This document shows positions 43,055-47,599 of a stretch of 47,599 nucleotides of DNA, piece after piece. The notes under the pieces are model-generated. The model did no database searches. It was not told the origin of the DNA and saw only the letters and a list, made by a program, of their open reading frames with translations. The stretch comes from Candidatus Iainarchaeum sp. (GTDB lineage: Archaea > Micrarchaeota > Micrarchaeia > Anstonellales > Bilamarchaeaceae): positions 1 to 47,599 of the forward strand of contig JAQTOF010000001.1 of assembly GCA_028713495.1 (NCBI GenBank), written 5' to 3'. Both the position numbers and the translations under genes were made by a program. Within the stretch, counting starts at the first letter, position 1. The number at the start of each line of letters is the position of its first letter.

Positions 43055-43137
43055 CCGAACACCTCCCCATAGTACAACCACAATAAAATAAATAAAAGCT
43101 CCTGTTGCCCCCGACTGCCGGGATTTGGCAGGATAAG

Positions 43138-43419
43138 TTAGCTTGTAGATTTGCCCTTCGCAACTTTCCTGACGATCTTCTGGAGCATCTCGCGCTGGCG
43201 CAATTCGCTTTTCTGCGCTTCGTCATCCACCTTGGCCTTGTAGTAGTAGAAACCGGAGAGGAACATCAGGATGGATAGCACCACCAGCAGGACAGTGAGC
43301 ATCGGGAAGACCACGGAGAGTATCTCCTTCGGATAATTCAAAGAGAAATACACAGACCCTACGATAGAAATTAGGGAAAGCAGAATGAAAAAGTAGCTTA
43401 CGAATCTTGAACTTGCCAT
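43138..43419 (-). CDS. Small two-TM protein (paralogue of 42560..43054)
   Basis: MASSRFVSYFFILLSLISIVGS..LMFLSGFYYYKAKVDDE parallels MSYFFILLGVIVVVGS..LMFMAGFHYRWGKFQDD. Confidence 0.65.
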   Translation of the reverse strand: MASSRFVSYFFILLSLISIVGSVYFSLNYPKEILSVVFPMLTVLLVVLSILMFLSGFYYYKAKVDDEAQKSELRQREMLQKIVRKVAKGKSTS

Positions 43420-43437
43420 GATAACACCACATATCGT

Positions 43438-44175
43438 CTATCCTGACAAAGTAAAATAAATCCTCCTATTCTCCTTGCCTTTGTTCTCGAGCTTCATTAT
43501 ACCGATCTTTCCGACCTCTTTCAGGCTCTTCACATGGGTCCCGCCGTCGGCCTGAAGGTCTATCCCGGGGATTTCCACTATGCGGAGGATAGTTATGGAA
43601 GGAGGCAATGCTCCGGCCAGCTTGACAACCCCGGGTATCTTCATGGCCTCTTCCCTCGGCAAATCGTATATCTTGAGTTCCACACCGGTCGCGAGCGCTT
43701 CATTCGCCTTGTTGACCATGGTATCGAACATCGTCCTGTCGAAGTTCTCCATCGCGAAATCGAATCTTGTCTTTTCTTCTTCCAGCTGGTTGCCAGTGAT
43801 GAGGATGTTGAGCTCGCGGTGCATGACGGCTGAGAGCACATGGGCAGCGGTGTGCATGCGCATGAGCTTGTAGCGCCGTCCCCAATCCAAAACGCACTTT
43901 ACCTTCGCTCCGCTCGCGAAATCAGCGTCCCGGTCAAGCTCGTGGATGATCTTCCCTTCTTTCTTCATCACATTGACCACGCGGAACTCGCTTGCGCTAT
44001 CAACAACATCACCCGCACTCGCGCCGACAATGATCTTGCCGGTATCTGTGGGCTGGCCCCCTCCTCGCGGATAGAAAATAGTCTGGTCCAGCATGACTTC
44101 CTTGCCGCTGACCGATTGCACTGCAGCCTCGCATTCCCTGAGGTAGCTGTCCTGAAGATAAAGTGGGATTGTCAT
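43438..44175 (-). CDS. alaX: AlaX-type alanyl-tRNA editing protein
   Basis: LYLQDSYL, FYPRGGGQPTD, MHTAAHVL and DGGTHV motifs of the AlaX-M/AlaRS editing domain. Confidence 0.85.
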   Translation of the reverse strand: MTIPLYLQDSYLRECEAAVQSVSGKEVMLDQTIFYPRGGGQPTDTGKIIVGASAGDVVDSASEFRVVNVMKKEGKIIHELDRDADFASGAKVKCVLDWGRRYKLMRMHTAAHVLSAVMHRELNILITGNQLEEEKTRFDFAMENFDRTMFDTMVNKANEALATGVELKIYDLPREEAMKIPGVVKLAGALPPSITILRIVEIPGIDLQADGGTHVKSLKEVGKIGIMKLENKGKENRRIYFTLSG

Positions 44176-44224
44176 AAACCTTATAAATGTAGGAAAGCAT
44201 TATTACTGTTGAGGAGTTGAAACG

Positions 44225-44755
44225 ATGCCTGGAGAATCGCAAGCGAAGAGGGAAAAACTACTCGACATGTATACGCAGTCGAAGCCTCCGGCAGAAGCGA
44301 TCGCGCCTCCTGTGCAAGCACCGAAGCAGATTGATCTCTCCAGGTTGCGACCCACGGTCCGCAGGGAAGTGGAAGCAGGAGTTACAAGACAATCGGAAGC
44401 GGCGATGAAGGTGGCGGCGATATTCGTCCAGACCGCGGGCAGCTTCATGAAAGCATCGCGACGGATCGAAGATGAGATGGGCGGGGCGGACTCCCAGATT
44501 CTCAGGTTCTATAAAACGACGCAGGCCAATCCAGAAGACATATTCAAGGACTGCAAGGTCCAGTACGCCTACAACCAGCGGCAGAAGATATATAGCATCA
44601 GTGCGATGCTTGAAGGCCGCCCGAGGATAATAACGATCAGGGTCGGAGATAATTTCACCGAGCTCTCGCTTGCAGACCAAAAAAACAATAATAAAATATT
44701 GGAGGTCCTCCGTCAGGATGATGGAAAAGGCGTGACCTTCTCAAAGATAGGATGA
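44225..44755 (+). CDS. Hypothetical protein
   Basis: 176-aa ORF with GAGGAG Shine-Dalgarno. Its stop overlaps the rpiA start. Confidence 0.6.
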   Translation: MPGESQAKREKLLDMYTQSKPPAEAIAPPVQAPKQIDLSRLRPTVRREVEAGVTRQSEAAMKVAAIFVQTAGSFMKASRRIEDEMGGADSQILRFYKTTQANPEDIFKDCKVQYAYNQRQKIYSISAMLEGRPRIITIRVGDNFTELSLADQKNNNKILEVLRQDDGKGVTFSKIG

Positions 44756-45414
44756 TTATGACAGACCATTCCAAGATAAACGCTGCCAAGGCCGCGCTCG
44801 CTTACGTGAAGGACGGCATGTGCGTCGGACTGGGAAGCGGCAGCACGGTCAGGGAGTTCATCAAGCTGCTGGGAGAAAAGGTCAAGCTGGGCCTGAAGGT
44901 GACCTGCGTCACAACTTCATTCGATTCCAGGATGCTCGCCATAGAGAACGGGATATTCGTGACCGAGACCGATGCCATAGAGGACATAGATCTGGCGGTG
45001 GACGGTGCCGATAGGGTGACTCCGGATGCGCTCCTCAAGGGCGGCGGAGGCGCGCTCACCCGCGAGAAGATAATAGGCTACAACGCCAAGAAATTCATCA
45101 TCATAGTGGATGAGAGCAAGGTCATGGATGGAGTGCTTGAGGGCGAAGTAAACCTTGAGGTGCTTCCTTTCGCATCGCCATTGATAATGAAGAAACTCAA
45201 GGACTACAACCCTCGGGTGCGGATGGCTAAGGCGAAGCTCGGCCCTGTGATAAGCGACAATGGCAGCTTCATAATAGACTGCCAGATGAAGCTGGAGAAT
45301 CCCAAGAAGGTCGAACAGTGGCTGAAAAGCATACCTGGTATAATAGAGAATGGCGTGTTCACTCGTTTTGACATGATAATTGTAGGCAATGAGAAAGGCC
45401 ACAGGATATTGTGA
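44752..45414 (+). CDS. rpiA: Ribose-5-phosphate isomerase A
   Basis: VGLGSGST, DGADRV and KGGGGALTREK motifs. Confidence 0.92.
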   Translation: MIMTDHSKINAAKAALAYVKDGMCVGLGSGSTVREFIKLLGEKVKLGLKVTCVTTSFDSRMLAIENGIFVTETDAIEDIDLAVDGADRVTPDALLKGGGGALTREKIIGYNAKKFIIIVDESKVMDGVLEGEVNLEVLPFASPLIMKKLKDYNPRVRMAKAKLGPVISDNGSFIIDCQMKLENPKKVEQWLKSIPGIIENGVFTRFDMIIVGNEKGHRIL

Positions 45415-45491
45415 ACGCACTCCGTAGGGGGCGTTTAAAAGCGTTTTTATACATATACCTACACAATCCTGATTGATTTGGTGTGGGTGTT

Positions 45492-46277
45492 ATGGTAAGG
45501 GAACTCATGAAAGAAGGGGTTGGGAAACCTTCTGAAAGAAATACTGGAGATGCTAATCCTAAGAATGCGAAGACAAGGACGTGGGGGAAGTGGCTGCTTA
45601 CCGCAAGCGTTACGCCAATAGTATGCTGCTGCAGCCTTATCGTTCCTCCTGCGGACAAGAAGAGCGATATGGATAGCGGGCCCGATAGTGATAGCGATAC
45701 TGATATCGATACAGACACCGATACGGATGTGGATAGCGGACCGGATACTGATAGCGATACAGACACGGACACTGATACGGATAGCGACAGTGATACGGAT
45801 ACTGATAGCGATACTGACGTGGATGGCAGCACCGACACGGATAGTGATACCGATACAGACGCTGATACGGATACCGATGCCGATACTGACACGGATACGG
45901 ATAGCGATGCGGATACAGATGGAGATACGGACGTGGACGCAGGTCTGGACGGCGGCACGGATGCTGGAGTGGACGCAGGCACTGATACTGATATCCCTTG
46001 TGCCGATGCGACGACTGATTATTTCTATGGCGCCATAACGTTAGGCACCCCAGAGACAGTGGGCGGCTATGTGTTTGAATACGCCGGTCCGGACGGAACC
46101 AACGCCAAGATCGACATAACCTGCGGTGGCAACGTCGTAGGGGGTGGCCAGCTGTCATGCCCGGAGAGCATGTATACAGAGGTAGAAGTGACGGTCGATG
46201 GCAAGAGGATAAAAATTGACCCCCTTGTGGTGATGTCAGGATCGGTTGCTGCAGAGATAATAGTCGAGAATTTGTAA
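45492..46277 (+). CDS. Acidic Asp-Thr/Ser-repeat surface protein, family copy B
   Basis: Hydrophobic N-segment ending in Cys residues, a long (D-T/S/A)n tract and the conserved C-terminal domain. I chose the ATG at 45492 after GGTGTGGGTG; the ORF track used the GTG at 45483. Confidence 0.8.
   Translation: MVRELMKEGVGKPSERNTGDANPKNAKTRTWGKWLLTASVTPIVCCCSLIVPPADKKSDMDSGPDSDSDTDIDTDTDTDVDSGPDTDSDTDTDTDTDSDSDTDTDSDTDVDGSTDTDSDTDTDADTDTDADTDTDTDSDADTDGDTDVDAGLDGGTDAGVDAGTDTDIPCADATTDYFYGAITLGTPETVGGYVFEYAGPDGTNAKIDITCGGNVVGGGQLSCPESMYTEVEVTVDGKRIKIDPLVVMSGSVAAEIIVENL
45684..45938 (+). repeat. In-frame (D-T/S/A)n coding microsatellite-like tract
   Basis: 6-nt periodicity (gatagcgatactgat...). Confidence 0.85.
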
Positions 46278-46356
46278 ACTTGTTTATAGAAATGTTTAAA
46301 AATGTTTCTGCATAAAACACAAATAGACAAAAACATTAACAAAAGGTGGGATAAAC

Positions 46357-47193
46357 ATGGTAGGACCTACAGAATTGCGTGCTGAAAGCGGCGTTGATGC
46401 TAAAAGAAGCGCTGACAAGAGTAAGGAAAAGGATGGCATTAAGGCGAAGTTTGCCAAATATCTTCTTGCTCCGGCAGTTGCTGCCACGGCAGTGGCTTGC
46501 GGGGGAAATGACAATTACATACCAGTAAATCTTACTGATGCCGGAACCGATACGGAAACCGATACTGGACCGGATAGCGATACTGACACAGATACCGACG
46601 GTGACACTGATACAGATTCTGATAGCGATACGGATGTAGACGCTGGACCTGATGCAGGGCCGGATAGCGGAACTGATACAGATAGCGATACCGATAGTGA
46701 TACGGACAGCGATACTGACACGGACACAGATACGGATACTGACAGCGATACCGATAGTGATACGGACAGCGATACGGATATCGATGGCGGACCTGATGCC
46801 AGCACTGACACGGACAGCGACACGGATTCAGACACTGATTCTGATACGGACACTGACGTGGATACTGACAGTGATACCGATTCCGATACTGACACTGGCG
46901 ATGCTGGAGTTGCATGCGCCGATGCCACTACCGGTTATTTCTACGGTACCATTCCATTAGACACTCCGCAGACAGTGGGCGGCTATGTGTTTGAATACGC
47001 CGGTCCGGACGGAACCAATGCCAAGATCGACATAACCTGCGGTGGTAACATCGTAGGGGGTGGCCAACTGACATGCCCAGAAAATACGTATACGCAGATA
47101 GAAGTGACTGTCGATGGCAAGAGGATAAAGATTGATCCGCTCGTGGTGATGCCAGGATTGGTCGCTGCAGAGATAGTGGTCGAAAACCTCTGA
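46357..47193 (+). CDS. Acidic Asp-Thr/Ser-repeat lipobox protein, family copy C
   Basis: Lipobox-like AVAATAVAC, a long (D-T/S)n tract and the conserved C-terminal domain. GGTGGG Shine-Dalgarno. Confidence 0.8.
   Translation: MVGPTELRAESGVDAKRSADKSKEKDGIKAKFAKYLLAPAVAATAVACGGNDNYIPVNLTDAGTDTETDTGPDSDTDTDTDGDTDTDSDSDTDVDAGPDAGPDSGTDTDSDTDSDTDSDTDTDTDTDTDSDTDSDTDSDTDIDGGPDASTDTDSDTDSDTDSDTDTDVDTDSDTDSDTDTGDAGVACADATTGYFYGTIPLDTPQTVGGYVFEYAGPDGTNAKIDITCGGNIVGGGQLTCPENTYTQIEVTVDGKRIKIDPLVVMPGLVAAEIVVENL
46549..46896 (+). repeat. In-frame (D-T/S)n coding microsatellite-like tract
   Basis: 6-nt periodicity, interrupted by AGPDAGPDSG and IDGGPDAS segments. Confidence 0.85.
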
Positions 47194-47284
47194 TCCTTTT
47201 TTCTTTTCATTAGACTTTCCATTTAAAAATGTTTTTGTTTAAAACACAAAAATACAATAAAATTAACAAAAGGGTGGGAGAGAT

Positions 47285-47599
47285 ATGGCAGGACCGAAAC
47301 AATTACAGTTCGATAATCCAGTGGATACTAGGCATGAAAATAATGAAAACACAAGAGGTATGAAGACGACTGTATTCGCTAAATGGCTTCTTGGGGCGGG
47401 CGCAGTTGCACTGACTGCGTGCACCAGCGTTCAGCCAGACAATGTCATACCAATACCTGATGCTGGACCGGACACTAGTTCTGACGTTGATACTGACAGC
47501 GATACAGATACGGACAACGATTCTGATACAGATAGCGATACCGATAGTGATACGGACAGCGATACTGACACGGACACAGATACGGATACTGACAGCGAT
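47285..47599 (+). CDS. Acidic Asp-Thr/Ser-repeat lipobox protein, family copy D (3' end outside window)
   Basis: Hand translation gives [43 protein letters not shown]. The upstream region and Shine-Dalgarno (GGGTGGG) parallel copy C. The ORF is open to the window end. Confidence 0.7.
   Translation, partial: MAGPKQLQFDNPVDTRHENNENTRGMKTTVFAKWLLGAGAVALTACTSVQPDNVIPIPDAGPDTSSDVDTDSDTDTDNDSDTDSDTDSDTDSDTDTDTDTDTDSD
47471..47599 (+). repeat. In-frame (D-T/S)n coding tract, truncated by the window end
   Basis: Same 6-nt periodicity. The last ~70 nt are nearly identical to part of the copy C tract (gatagcgataccgatagtgatacggacagcgatactgacacggacacagatacggatactgacagcgat). Confidence 0.8.

Overview
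This window reads as a compact archaeal chromosome segment. Archaeal markers include aIF2-gamma, S6e, TFE, Sec61-beta, pyruvoyl arginine decarboxylase, an EndoQ-like PHP nuclease, a DUF359-type dephospho-CoA kinase and BHB-type tRNA introns. Intergenic spacers are very short. Many start codons sit 26-28 nt from an A/T-rich TATA-like element, which suggests leaderless mRNAs; others have GGTG-type Shine-Dalgarno sequences. I support about 55 protein genes, one of them a 53-aa Sec61-beta missing from the ORF track, and 4 tRNAs: Ser-GCU, Leu-UAA, initiator Met, and an Ala-CGC gene with two introns. I recognised no rRNA, CRISPR array, transposase or integrase. The non-housekeeping content falls into three places. 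(1) 8048-14329 is a tightly coupled five-gene operon around a HerA/VirB4-type P-loop ATPase with four orphan membrane or coiled-coil partners; this is my best candidate for an undescribed envelope translocation system. (2) 29358-40663 is a same-strand block of orphan secreted cysteine-rich, tail-anchored and low-complexity proteins headed by a PP2C-phosphatase fusion. (3) A four-copy family of lipobox proteins carries hypervariable Asp-Thr/Ser repeats and a near-identical C-terminal domain (21542-22261, plus a tandem triplet from 45492 to the window end). All functional calls come from motif recognition by eye, and no database search was run.
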